64,000 bases of DNA, from positions 43,648,001 to 43,712,000 of the forward strand of contig OZ024747.1 of the NCBI GenBank assembly GCA_964016885.1, read 5' to 3'. Below the pieces are notes generated by a model. It searched no databases. It was given only the letters and a program-made list of their open reading frames with translations, and was not told the origin of the DNA. The position numbers and the translations under genes were made by a program. The DNA comes from Eledone cirrhosa (taxonomy: Eukaryota). Below, in pieces: positions 1-11,690 of the stretch (the first letter of the stretch is position 1; each line of letters opens with the position of its first letter).

Positions 1-92
<92 letters not shown>

Positions 93-158
93 TATGGATA
101 TATATATATACGGATATATATATATATTATATGGATATACATATACAGTACATGTATG

Positions 159-219
<61 letters not shown>
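1..219. repeat. (TA)n microsatellite, imperfect
   Basis: Direct dinucleotide run; one of dozens of (TA)n/(CA)n tracts in the window. Confidence 0.95.
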
Positions 220-221
<2 letters not shown>

Positions 222-956
222 AAGCAATGCTAACATAGAAGAATACACAGGAATCTCTTCCTTGTTATTTATTATTTTTCTCATTTCTCTTCAATCTCTT
301 TCTTCTCTTTTCATAGCTCTTTGTATTCTTTACGATAAATCAAAATAGCTTCTAGAATGGGTTACCATACATAATAAAGGACAACTGTGTGAGAAAGTAG
401 TTTCATCAGAAACTGTGTCAATTTTTTTTCAATGCAACAACACCATTGCAAAATATACATCTCTTGGGTGTATATTCAGACCGAAGTGTTAAATTATACA
501 CCTCCATACTATTACAACACATTTGCTGTTTTCTACATGATATACACATGGATGGTAAACTGTTATTCTAGAATCTGCTACTTGTTTATAAAACAATTTC
601 TTCAATTTTACCTAGCTATTATTTTCAGTTAGTGGTTTCCAAACTTATTCTGTCATAGAATCCTTTAACCCTTAACGGCTTGTATGACTTGAAATCAAAT
701 TAACAAGACATTCTTGGAAAGTACAATACAACATTATGATACATCACATTATGATACATCACATTAAAAATTAAAGTCTTTTCTTTAATCTGTCAACTAG
801 AAAATATGTTATAAATATCTTAATTAACAAACCTGGTTTTAGTTATTTTCATTTTCTGCTAAATCACTGCAGGATGTTTAGATTTAAATGATTTACCAAT
901 TATCACAGAAATTTTAATACAGCATTAAATGAAACAAAATTCATTTTAAAGAGAGA

Positions 957-988
<32 letters not shown>

Positions 989-993
<5 letters not shown>

Positions 994-1567
994 TAAACGG
1001 AAAAGAAAATGCTGACAAATTGTTCACAGTGAAAAATAGTTTAATTAGGAATAAGTGAGAATTAGTAATAGTATTGGTTAGTATTCAGTTTTGGTTTTAA
1101 GTTTTACTGGTTGCGCATTTCTAATGCTTTTCAAAAATAATTTTGAGATAGAGCGTCCGTGATGTTTGCTCTGATCTGATTAGTTTTGGGAATTCTACCT
1201 GTTTTTATGTTAAAAAAGTGGCTCCAGCGGTATTAAAATAAGTTTTGCGCCAATTCGTGTTGCAAAAATTCTTGTGGTCAAAACAATTTTGATTGGTCGG
1301 TAGAGATCATGTGAATGTTAAAAATTGCCAAAACTAATCAGATCAGAGCAAACATCACGGACGCTCTATCTCAAAATTATTTTTGAAAAGCATTAGAAAT
1401 GCGCAACCGGTAAAACTTAAAACCAAAACTGAATACTAACCAATACTATTACTAATTCTCACTTATTCCTAATTAAACTATTTTTCACTGTGAACAATTT
1501 GTCAGCATTTTCTTTTCTGTTTACCAATATATCATAACTTGTGTGTTACACCTCTATTCTTTTAAAT
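989..1567. mobile_element. Head-to-head hairpin element A in (TA)n, probable PLE pLTR derivative
   Basis: Arms ~989-1189 and ~1328-1530 are near-perfect reverse complements; ~37-nt extra tail on the right; (TA)n on both sides. Only a degenerate hammerhead-like motif (TTGAAAA..GAAATGCGC, 1383-1404). Confidence 0.6.
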
Positions 1568-1592
1568 ATATATATATATATATATATATATA

Positions 1593-2035
1593 GATATACA
1601 ATATATTAACAAATGGAAACTATATTTATAAAACCATATTTATTTCATTATACATATTTCAAGGGCCACCAAGGCAAACTATGGTGCGCTTTCATCAGAT
1701 AAAATATAATATAGGTTAGTTTTATAAATAAATATTGACATACCCTTAAAAAATGTAACCATTCTCGTTGGAATCTCCTGACTATCCAGGAGATTCCAAC
1801 CAGAATGGTTGCATTTTTTAAGGGTATGTCAATATTTATTTATCTGATGAAAGCGCTCCATAGTTTGCCTTGGTGGCCCTTGAAATATGTATAATGAAAT
1901 AAATATGGTTTTATAAATATAGTTTCCATTTGTTAATATATTGTATATTTACTCCAATAATTTGTTGAATGCTTTATATCAGTTATAAAAATATTTTGCT
2001 TGTTGTATCCCAACAAATTAAATATAATCTCTACA
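1593..2035. mobile_element. Head-to-head hairpin element B with hammerhead motifs (PLE pLTR-like)
   Basis: Palindrome centred at ~1783 (GAATCTCCTG-actatc-CAGGAGATTC), arms ~1595-1780 and 1787-1948, ~85-nt right tail, flanked by (TA)n. Confidence 0.75.
1834..1904 (+). ncRNA. Type I hammerhead ribozyme-like motif
   Basis: Stem I ATTTATTTAT/ATGAAATAAAT, CTGATGA 1844-1850, stem II AAG..CTT, GAAAT-ATGT-ATA; mirror copy on minus at ~1636-1703. Confidence 0.65.
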
Positions 2036-2049
2036 TATATATATATACT

Positions 2050-2645
2050 CTTTTACCTGTTCTAGCCATCCAGCTGAGGCCATGCTGGGGCACTACCCTT
2101 GTTGCTACACATTTATTCTCCAGCCTGTTTTGGCTGGCCATTGGTGTAAGGAGGAGTTCGTTGCAGCTGCTCTTAGGTTCCCTTCATACCATGCTGTGGG
2201 CTCATCCAGGATCCTGGATAGCAGAGTGTCGCAATGTTTCTTGAAAATATCCATGTCCACATCATGCAGATCTCTCAAATTTCTTTGCAGCTTTTTGTAG
2301 ATTTGAGGGCCTTTGAACCCCATGCTATTGCAATATCTGTTCCTTATTTTAGATGTAAAAGACGGGACCTTTGGCACCACACAGTGACGTCCTGTTCGGA
2401 GGTTAAAGTCTCCCAGCAGCAGAATGTTGAGAACCTGGTCCAGTTTGTCAAGGACTTCTTCCATCTTCCTGAGGCTATCTTCAAACTTACCTTCATGACT
2501 AGGGGCGTCATGTGGCTGATATGTGATACATATTACCATTTTCAGTTGCTTCCTATGTACTATCAGTGTGTCACAGACTGAGTTGGAATGTGTCAACAGT
2601 ACAATGGGTGTGACATCTTCACGGATGTACAGGGTAACCCCACCG
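2050..2645 (-). pseudogene. Internally deleted CR1/L2-like LINE remnant (APE fragment fused to ORF2 C-terminus)
   Basis: ORF 2105-2596 has the APE motif LLLGDFN joined directly to a C-terminal FKKHCDTLLSRILDEP..RAAATNS segment typical of CR1-group ORF2 ends. Confidence 0.65.
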
Positions 2646-2882
2646 TATATATAATATGAACAGGGTACTAGGAAAAGCTAGGCAAGATTTGTTGAAATTC
2701 AAAGAAACATTTATTACACAATAGGGTCCCTATCATATGTTTCAACACAATTATGCAAATGCCTACAAAAGCTGAATTATTAGATATTTCATAATCCACT
2801 ATCTCGCTCTGCATATTATAAATCTGCATTACACAAACACAAATTAGCCAACATAAAATGGGTACTTTTATTTCTTCTTATA

Positions 2883-3210
2883 TCATCATCATCATTTTAT
2901 GTCCGCTTTTCACTGCTTGCAAGGGTGGGACGGGAACTGATTCTGGCTTGATTTGTACAGCTGGATGCCCTTCCTAACACCAACCTCCTTTACAGTGAGT
3001 GCTGGGTGCTTTTTTGCCATGGCATCTCCACGACCACTTTTCAGTGGAATGATAGGGACCCCAGTCCTATCATCTCATTTCTACAGCTGAGTAAACTGGA
3101 GCAATGTGAAATAAAGTGTCTTGCTCAAGGAAACAACACATCACCCGGTCTGAGAATTGAACTCACAACCTTTCGATTGCAAGGCTCTAACCACTAAGCC
3201 ATGTGCCTCC
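2883..3210 (-). mobile_element. tRNA-derived SINE family 1 (CORE-like centre, RTE-like 3' end, (GAT)n tail)
   Basis: Minus strand GGAGGCACATGGCTTAGTGG (A box), GAGTTCAATTC (B box), CCTTGAGCAAGACACTT core, GGAAGGGCATCCAGC 3' part; at least 7 copies in the window. Confidence 0.85.
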
Positions 3211-3227
3211 ATATATATATATATATA

Positions 3228-3416
3228 GGAAAAGTGTCAGAACCCCGACGGCTGAACTCCAGCCATTCCAACAGCTAGATTCGGATCTAGCTGTTGAAAC
3301 GGCCGGAGCTCAGCTGTCGGGGTCTTGACACTTTTCCCATTACCCACTCTACTACCCCAAGTATTGAGTACCTTAGTGCGTTATGGTCCACCTGGTATCT
3401 TACCACACCCTATTTT

Positions 3417-3420
<4 letters not shown>
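3228..3420. mobile_element. Short hairpin element C in (TA)n
   Basis: Palindrome 3228-3338 centred on CTAGATTCGGATCTAG plus ~80-nt right tail; GAAACGGCCG resembles a hammerhead 3' half; relatives at 5760-5812, 11493-11690, 40800-40922. Confidence 0.65.
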
Positions 3421-3463
<43 letters not shown>

Positions 3464-3646
3464 ATTGTATATGTATTATATATATACATATATGTGTGTG
3501 TTTATAGGTGGTTAATTTTTATTGAATGTTATTATTTTTTTTTGTGGAACCCATTTGGAGAAGCCTGGTGCTCACCAGTTTTCCTTGGTTTGGCATTCCA
3601 CCGCTATTTCATTGTCCACTGTACACCTCAGTAAATAACCACACTT

Positions 3647-3760
3647 TAGTTCAAATCCTGCCGAGGTTAACTTTGCCTTTCATCCTTACTGGGTAAATAA
3701 AATAAAGTACCAGTAATGCACTGAGATAATCGCTGGCCTTGTGCCAAAAGTAGAAACATT
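3647..3760 (+). mobile_element. SINE family 2 (Nin-domain-like), 5'-truncated
   Basis: GTTCAAATCC B box followed by TTTGCCTTTCATCCTT..AAAATAAAGTACCAG; matches the full copy at 33796. Confidence 0.7.
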
Positions 3761-3950
3761 ATTATTATTATTATTATTATTATTAATATTATATATATAT
3801 ATATATAATAAATGTAATCTGGTAATCTGAGATTTTCGAATATTAATAATAACATTCGATTCGTTGGTAATTATACAAACAAGCCTCAATTTTATAGCCA
3901 TGTCAGTAGAATGAACACTTCATTCTTGCTCTTGTGCTGGCATGCAAACA

Positions 3951-4000
3951 GAACTGCAGACACTAATGTTTCTGGGTATTACCCTTCATCAGTACAGCTC
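3951..4000 (-). ncRNA. Type I hammerhead ribozyme motif
   Basis: Minus: GAGCTGTA CTGATGA A-GGGT-aat-ACCC-A GAAAC ATTAGT GTC TGCAGTTC; 8-bp stem I (two GU pairs), intact core, GUC triplet. Confidence 0.8.
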
Positions 4001-4171
4001 ACTGTTCACCTGCCAAACTTTCAGAGCTAGGGAAAATATATGCTATTTTCAAATAGCATATAATAGTGGATCTGTTAATATGCAGATCTGACTGCTCAGC
4101 CAGTCTGCTAATATGCAAATCAGGCCGATCAGTCACTGTGTATTTTTGAAAATAGCATATATTTTTCTGAA

Positions 4172-4692
4172 CCACAAGTCTACCTTCAGGTACCCGGACA
4201 GACGTTCATCCACGAACTCGCGAGCCACGTATGGTCCTTCAAGGACTCAAGTATAGACTACTCCATTCAATGGAAAGCCATCACTAAGTCCAAGCCATAC
4301 GCAAGGGGAAATCCGACGTGTGGCTTATGTATTGACGAACGAATAACTATTCTAAAGAGATTACGCAACAGTGATTGCCTAAAATGAGAAATGAATTTTT
4401 CACACGTTGTCCACACGTCGCCAAACACCTATTGCATAACTACAAGGCTCCGGACTGATTCTTTGTAATTTTATTTTCAACCTAAAAACTTTTCGGACTT
4501 TCGCAGTTATCTCCCTTACACCTCTCGCACGCAGTCTAGTATTGCCTGTGTGAAGTGACCGGGTTTCTGCGCATGCGCGTTCGTACGGTTGTCCTTCCTG
4601 TTCCTATAACCATGCCCATTCCGAGCTGAGGATCCACTAAGGTGAAACAATTGTTCTCGGTATGGTGAACTAACTGTTGTGTAACCACTTCT
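4172..4692 (+). mobile_element. Penelope-like element 3' fragment (Naiad-like GIY-YIG C-terminus plus pLTR)
   Basis: Manual translation DYSIQWKAITKSKPYARGNPTCGLCIDERITIL..(frameshift)RNEFFTRCPHVAKHLL, similar to ORF 48436-48831; downstream pLTR matches hairpin J at 43571-43850. Confidence 0.75.
4621..4660 (+). ncRNA. Minimal type I hammerhead with palindromic stem III loop
   Basis: CCGAG CTGAGGA TCC-actaa-GGT GAAAC AATT GTT CTCGG. Confidence 0.75.
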
Positions 4693-5060
4693 TGAATCCC
4701 GTTGATAACGCGCACTCCTAGTTCAGTCAGGATACGAGAAACTTAACATCCTTTATGTAAGTGGACAGTAAATGACTTATGGAGCCGCAGAAACCCCAAC
4801 ACTGGACTTTACCATCATTCCAGGGGTGCGGTGAGTAAAAAACATTTATGCTTTCATATATTTTTATATCTGTTTGATCCGAAATAGGAGATCGAATCTT
4901 CGCTGTGAGGATAATTAGTTTAACCACCATCTCAGTGTGTTTGGCCTTTAACGTAAGTTGTAAGATCTAATTCTTTTGAATTATTGAGCGCTTGCCTCAC
5001 AATTCGAAAGTGTTTTTTCGTTATTTCATAGGGTGAAATTCGATTCTCGCTAATTTTTAC

Positions 5061-5093
<33 letters not shown>

Positions 5094-5353
5094 TAATATA
5101 CTCTTGCATGGTTTCTGTTTAGCAGCTTCAATTTGCAAGTCATTGTTACCGGTGTTATGTTATATGATATTAAGGTATTGTCTCCATAATATCAATGTCT
5201 ATTTGCACACTCTGATAGCAAGCATTGAAACATTTTAAAAGATAAACTTTAAAATACTCACATTAGGAAATCATCTATTTTTCAAACCTATACTCTATGC
5301 AGTTTCAAGCCAAATATATATACATATATATATATATATACATATACAGCGAA

Positions 5354-5466
5354 ACCCGCTGATGAAGTCACATACGCCGATTGTGCATTGTTGCATAATA
5401 AATGCAGACAGTAGATGCTGTGCACTCTATTGCTGCATTAAGTGTGGCCGAAACTGGAGTACAGGT
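5354..5466 (+). ncRNA. Type I hammerhead-like motif with long stem II insert
   Basis: ACCCG CTGATGA A-GTCACA ..~70 nt.. TGTGGC-C GAAAC TGGA GTA CAGGT, inside a (TA)n-flanked segment 5348-5612. Confidence 0.6.
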
Positions 5467-5612
5467 ATAGATTGAAGGTACTCATTTATGTGTGCTGTAT
5501 TAAAACGAATAACTATGTGTCTACTCTGGGATTTTACATAACATTATCTATTGAGTACACTGAGATACAACTGGTACTAGCAGTGAAACCCATGCTAGCC
5601 TCGTCAACTTAT

Positions 5613-5664
<52 letters not shown>

Positions 5665-5807
5665 AAGGGTGTATATTCATGCAAAAAGCGAGTTATGCAA
5701 ATAAAGTTTCAAGTAAATGCACATATACACATGTACACACATATATGGAGTATCTGTGCTGGTCAAAGCTGAAACAGCCCAAGCTCAGCTGTCGTGGTCC
5801 TGAATCT

Positions 5808-5850
<43 letters not shown>

Positions 5851-5853
<3 letters not shown>

Positions 5854-6291
5854 ATAATAATAAAATTGAAGACTAAAATCCAAAGAGGGCTCGATAAGGA
5901 AAATATATATCAAATATATAAGAACCGTAGAGCAAATATTTATTAAAATAACAGATTAAAGTTTAAGCAAAGAATCGCTGCTTTCACCCTTAACGGGATC
6001 TTCTGAAACTAACAACCTCTTTTATACCATAAACGTGGTTCTGTCTTTGTTTTTCACCGCTCCTATTAATGACGTATTATTCGTTTTTTCCCGTTCTTTG
6101 CCAGCGAACGTAACCACGAACCAAAATATCATCTTCCTGTCTTCCTCCGGTTGCAACGTTTTTTTAAATATCCGTTTTAAATATCCGTTTTTTTAAATAT
6201 CTGCGTTTACAGATTGAATTTGTTAGTTTCAGAAGATCCCGTTAAGGGTGAAAGCAGCGATTCTTTGCTTAAACTTTAATCTGTTATTTTA

Positions 6292-6298
<7 letters not shown>
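5851..6298. mobile_element. Head-to-head hairpin element D
   Basis: Arms ~5935-6015 and ~6221-6298, ~85-nt left tail, (TA)n both sides; second family member at 7151-7560. Confidence 0.75.
6225..6275 (+). ncRNA. Hammerhead motif with variant core CAGAAGA
   Basis: AGTTT CAGAAGA TCCC-gttaa-GGGT GAA AGCA-gcgattctt-TGCT T AAACT; all three stems form; same variant core in all four arm copies. Confidence 0.6.
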
Positions 6299-6360
<62 letters not shown>

Positions 6361-6365
<5 letters not shown>

Positions 6366-7066
6366 ATAAATTAACGGAGGCATAGGCCGTCGTTATTCCC
6401 TGTAAATAATGTGCTCAAAGGGGAAGAGATCCTGAGCCCTTTAAAATATAATATGTTGAGAAGGTAACACACCAGAGAGAGATATATAGTGCGTTATCAA
6501 TAATACAGGGAAAAAACCACCAGTGTATGGAATCTATAACCTATGAAAGGCAGACTATAGACACGATAATTAAAAATATAAATTAAAGCGTAAATAAATA
6601 CCTCTATAACTATATAACACACGTACAAATCCAAAGATATGTTTCACCAAAAAATTTGGTTGAGCACACTTCTCTGAGTGGCTTTGGGCTGCCCTTTCTA
6701 GCAGTTCGTCTCTCAGAGGCCACTGGTTCACTGCCCTTAAACACGCTGTGACTTCTCTCTCCCACGTTTAGCTGGACAGTCAATTGTAAAATTCTCTTAG
6801 TGTTGTCTGAAATGTATGGCCTTACACACGCTGATGAACCGAGACTAGACTATTTCTTTCAACAAATTTTTTGGTGAAACATATCTTTGGATTTGTACGT
6901 GTGTTATATAGTTATAGAGGTATTTATTTACGCTTTAATTTATATTTTTAATTATCGTGTCTATAGTCTGCCTTTCATAGGTTATAGATTCCATACACTG
7001 GTGGTTTTTCCCCTGTATTATTGATAACGCACTATATATCTCTCTCTGGTGTGTTACCTTCTCAAC

Positions 7067-7073
<7 letters not shown>
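6361..7073. mobile_element. Head-to-head hairpin element E
   Basis: Arms ~6446-6660 and ~6862-7073 nearly identical, ~200-nt spacer, ~85-nt left tail, long (TA)n both sides. Confidence 0.8.
6824..6904 (+). ncRNA. Type I hammerhead ribozyme motif
   Basis: ACACACG CTGATGA ACCGAGA..TTTTGGT GAAAC ATATC-tttg-GATTT GTA CGTGTGT; 7-bp stem I, 7-bp stem II, extended stem III. Confidence 0.8.
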
Positions 7074-7150
<77 letters not shown>

Positions 7151-7153
<3 letters not shown>

Positions 7154-7560
7154 ATAATAATAAATTTGAAGACTAAAATCCAAAGAGGGCTCGATAAGGA
7201 TAAATATATCTCAAATATATAAAACCGTAGAGCAAATATTTATTAAAATAACAGATTAGAGTTTAAGCAAAGAATAGCTGTTTTCACCCTTAACGGGATC
7301 TTCTGAAACTAAAAAAAATCAATCTGTGAACGCAGAAGTAAATATTTCGAAAAACGTTGCAGCCAAAGGAAGACAGGAAGACGATACTTTGGTTCATGGA
7401 AACGTTCCCTGGCAAAGTTCTTTGCTATGGAACGTTTCCACGTTTTTTGAAATATTTACTTCTGCGTTTACAGATTGATTTTTTTTAGTTTCAGAAGATC
7501 ACGTTAAGGGTGAAAGCAGCGATTCTTTGCTTAAACTTTAATCTGTTATTTTAATAAATA
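7151..7560. mobile_element. Hairpin element D', second copy of family D
   Basis: Same tail and arms as 5851-6298 but a different inner junction. Confidence 0.75.
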
Positions 7561-7568
7561 TATATATA

Positions 7569-7856
7569 CAGTGCATCTTCGCTTATCCGGATATCGCTTT
7601 TCCGAAATTCGCTTTACCGGACGGCTATTTCTATATAATAATTTTCTTATAAATTCTAGCTGTTCTTTTGTTTTTCTAATAAACTTTCTTTACTTAGCAT
7701 TTGTCTTTTATTTTGACTAAAAGAAGCCAAAACATTAGAAACCACGAGCATTATGTAACAATGGGATTTTAGAATTCACTTATCCGGATATTTCACTGAA
7801 CTGGATCTTTTTCTAACTGTTTGGTTTTGACCGTCAGGATAAGCGAAGATGCACTG
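7569..7856. mobile_element. pogo/Tigger-like MITE
   Basis: TIRs CAGTGCATCTTCGCTTATCC / GGATAAGCGAAGATGCACTG with flanking TA. Confidence 0.8.
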
Positions 7857-8111
7857 TATATGTATGTATGTGTGTGTGTGTGTGTATAAATGTGGTTGGT
7901 GTTAGGAAGGGCATCTAGCTGTAAAAGACCCAACAAGGTACGGGGCAGCCAACTGGTTTGACTTGTATCATAACATGGATGACCTATTTAACCAATGCAA
8001 GTGGAGAAAATAGACGTTAAACAGTGATGATAATGATGATGATGATATATGTGTGTGTGTGTCCACATATCTATCTGTCTATTTGAATATGTATATCTAT
8101 GTCTATATCTA

Positions 8112-8158
<47 letters not shown>

Positions 8159-8809
8159 TTAACGTCCATCTTCCATGCTAGCATGGGTTAGACAGGTTTG
8201 TCCCATTGAAGGGAAGCTGGGTTGGGTGACTGTGTCTCGCTCATATAGAACTGTTTCTGGCTGGTTTTCTGTGGCTGAATGCCCTTCCTCATGCCAACCA
8301 CATTTACTGTGTGTGCTAGGTGCATACAAATCATTGAAGTATGTACCAGACTGAAATAAAATGAGATGACCAACTAAAACCATTTCAGAGTGGTGCTCCA
8401 GTATGGCTGCAGTTCAATGACTGAAACCAGTGGAAGAATAAAACATATTTTTAAAGATCACAGTAGAAGAAGCAGTACTCAAGTCAATCTATCACTTGTA
8501 CACTCCACTTAACCTATGAAATATACTGCACTTCGCACTTAGATTGAGAGTGTCTGTCTGCTCTATATGTTTATTAACACAATAATACTTGCCTGAAATC
8601 AATTCCACAATTGTGAAGATGGCTGTAAATGTTACTTAGAGCTTGTTTCCTATTCTGCTTCTCTTAACATTGGAAACATAAAACACTTCATTCCTATACT
8701 AACCAATCAACTGAATGATGCAACGTGGAAGTGGTTAACATACTAATTTTTTGTTTTAGTCGTTTACATAAATGTATATAAATACATACATACATGCATA
8801 TGTTCACAC

Positions 8810-8843
<34 letters not shown>

Positions 8844-8969
8844 AAAGGTAAACAGATATATGTATGTAAAAGGTAAACATAAATAACAACACAATCGGTA
8901 CAGTATATGGAAGGAATATATTAAGTTAACGCTTGAAATTGCAGGAAGAGGGTCATTTATATATATATA

Positions 8970-10035
8970 TATTGTTATACTTGGGGAGGGGCATATTTGT
9001 GTAATAATATTGCCAGAATTAATAACAGAACACACTCACTGTTTGGTTGGTTTTCGCTTCTGTGTCTTTTATATCGGTTAATTTAATTTATTCGATCCTC
9101 AATGTTGCTATTGACTGACCAACGGTAAAAAATACAGATACAATATAGACACTAACACATATATATAGTCTAACAAAGTTCTTTCGTTGCACATCTGCAA
9201 CATCATCAGTGGTGCTATTATGTTTCCTCCCGTTGTATTGTATGCCTACACCATCTTTATTTAGTCTGTTTATTTATTTATTTATTTGTTTATTTATTTA
9301 CTATTTTTTTTTGTCTTCTCTGCGCATGCGTTTGCGTGTGTGTATAGTGTTTTGTTTGATGTGTGTTGGTGTTTGGGTGACTGTGTCTTGATTATTGTAT
9401 TCTATCTTAGTTTACGAGTGTGTGTTTATATGTGTTTGTTGTTATTGTGCTTGTGTATATATTTATTTATTTGTTTATACTTTTCTTAGGTCAGTGTTGT
9501 TTGTTTGGGTGTTAATAAATACATACACAAGCACAATAACAACAAACACATATAAACACACACTAGTAAACTAAGATAGAATACAATAACCAATACACAG
9601 TCACCCAAACATGAACACACATCAAACAAAACACTATACACACACGCAAATGCATGCGCAGAGAAGACAAAAAAAAAATAAACAAATAAATAAATAAACA
9701 GACTAAATAAAGATGGCGAAGGCATACAATACAACGGGAGGAAACATAATAGCACCACTGACGATGTTGCAGATGCGCAACGAAAGAACTTTGTTAGACT
9801 ATATATATGTGTTTGTGTCTATATTGTATCTGTATTTTTTACCGTTGGTCAGTCAATGGCAACATTGAGGACCGAATAAATTAAATTAACCAATATAAAA
9901 GACACAGAAGCGAAAACCAACCAAACAGTGAGTGTGTTCTGTTATTAATTCTGGCAATATTATTACACAAATATGACCATCCCCAAGTCTAACAATATGT
10001 TTCGACACAGGATTTCATATCAAAAACCTCGCAAA
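8970..10035. mobile_element. Head-to-head hairpin element G (pLTR family related to the PLE at 44050-45395)
   Basis: ~500-bp arms 8970-9470 and 9512-9997; hammerhead-like CTGACGA-TGTTGC..GCAAC-GAAAGAACTTT at ~9758-9792 and its mirror at ~9175-9210. Confidence 0.8.
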
Positions 10036-10069
10036 ACTATATATATATATGTATATACATATGTATAGC

Positions 10070-11140
10070 ATACAGGTTGGTGCCCTCAGGGCTCTGTTCT
10101 TAGCCCTCTCCTGTTCATCATAGTCCTGCAGGCAATAACGGAGGAGTTTAAGACCGGATGCCCATGGGAACTCCAGTATGCTGATGACCTCGCACTTATA
10201 GCTGAATCTATGGTAGAACTAGAGAAAAAATTCCAAACTTGGAAGCAGGGACTAGAAAGAAAGGGTCTCAAAGTCAACATGACAAAGACTAAGGTCCTTG
10301 TAAGTAGACGAGAAAACAGAACCCAGATCCCCTCAGGGAAATGGCCTTGCTCAGTATGTAGGAAAGGTGTAGATAGGAACTCCATTCTCTGCCCCAAATG
10401 CAAACAATGGGTACACAAGAGATGTAGCGGGATCTCAGGAAGCTTAATTAAGAATGTAGTAGGCTTCACATGCAGCAGCTGTGCTGGGACAGCAAGCAGC
10501 AAACAGCCACAGGAAATAAGTACCACCAATCTCTGGGAGGGCTCTGTAGAGCTTCTGCTACCTAGGTGACCGAATTAGCAGCCGAGGTGGGTGTTCAGAA
10601 AGTACAATAACTAGGGTAAGAACGGGATGGAAGAAGTTCAGGGAACTACTGCCACTGCTAGCTGCAAAAGGCTTCTCCCTCAAAATGAAAGGCAGACTGT
10701 ATGATGCATGTATCCGAACAGCAATGTTACATGGTAGTGAGACCTGGGCGCTGAAGGTGGAAGACTTACGTAGATTAGAGAGAAACGAAGCCTGCATGCT
10801 CCGATGGATGTGTAATAGTAATATACGCGAACGACAAAGCATAAATGAATTGAGAGAGAGACTGAGCATAAGAGGAATCAAATGCTGTGTGCAGGGCAGG
10901 AGAGGCGATTGCATTGGTATGGACATGTGATGTGTATGAAGGATGACAGCTGCATAAAAAGGTGCAGAGCACTAGAAGTCAATGGAAACCGTGGAGTGGG
11001 AAGACCCAAGAAGACCTGGTATGAGGTGATAAAAGTCGACCTTACCCAATTACACCTCTCAAAGGCGATGACACACGACCGTGACCTCTGGCGTCACGCA
11101 GTAATACAGAGTACCCGACCTCCCATGGGTACAAGCTGAA
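10070..11140 (+). pseudogene. RTE LINE ORF2 3' fragment
   Basis: QGSVLSPLLF, YADD, Cys/His finger, MLHGSETW, RLHWYGHV, GRPKKTW; frameshifted; 5'-truncated. Confidence 0.9.
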
Positions 11141-11432
11141 GCATAGAGACAATATGCCCCCACACCCTCCCACTGCAAGGTGGTCGTGGAGGTGCCACGG
11201 CAAAAAAGCACCCAGCACTCACTGTAAATGAGGTTGGTGTTAGGAAGGGCATCCAGCTGTAGAAATCAAGCCCAAATCAGTTCCTGTATGAGCAAGGCAT
11301 GGTCAGCCGACCAGACACTGCCCACAACAGGACAACCCGTCTAACCCATGCTAGCATGGAAGAACGGACGTAAAACGGTGATGATGATGATGATGATGAT
11401 ATATATATATATATATACGTATATATATATAT

Positions 11433-11492
<60 letters not shown>

Positions 11493-11494
<2 letters not shown>

Positions 11495-11690
11495 CAAAGA
11501 GAGTGTGGTAAGATACCAGGTGGGCCATACCACACCAGAATACTCAATACTTGGGGTAGTAAGTGGGTATTATGAAAAGATTCAGGACCACGAAAGCTGA
11601 GCTTCGGCCATTTCAACAGCTAGATCCGTAGTTTGAATCTTGCTGTCAAAACAGCCAGAGCTCAGCTGTCGTGGTCCTAAATCTTTTCAT
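11493..11690. mobile_element. Hairpin element, family C, opposite orientation
   Basis: Left tail is the reverse complement of 3340-3420; palindrome ~11573-11690; (TA)n flanks. Confidence 0.65.

Noticed and set aside
4385-4387. In-frame TGA as selenocysteine in a Naiad-like ORF
   Set aside because: Not at a Cys position; homology continues in another frame, so it is a frameshift product. Cys positions in the other Naiad-like fragments are not TGA.
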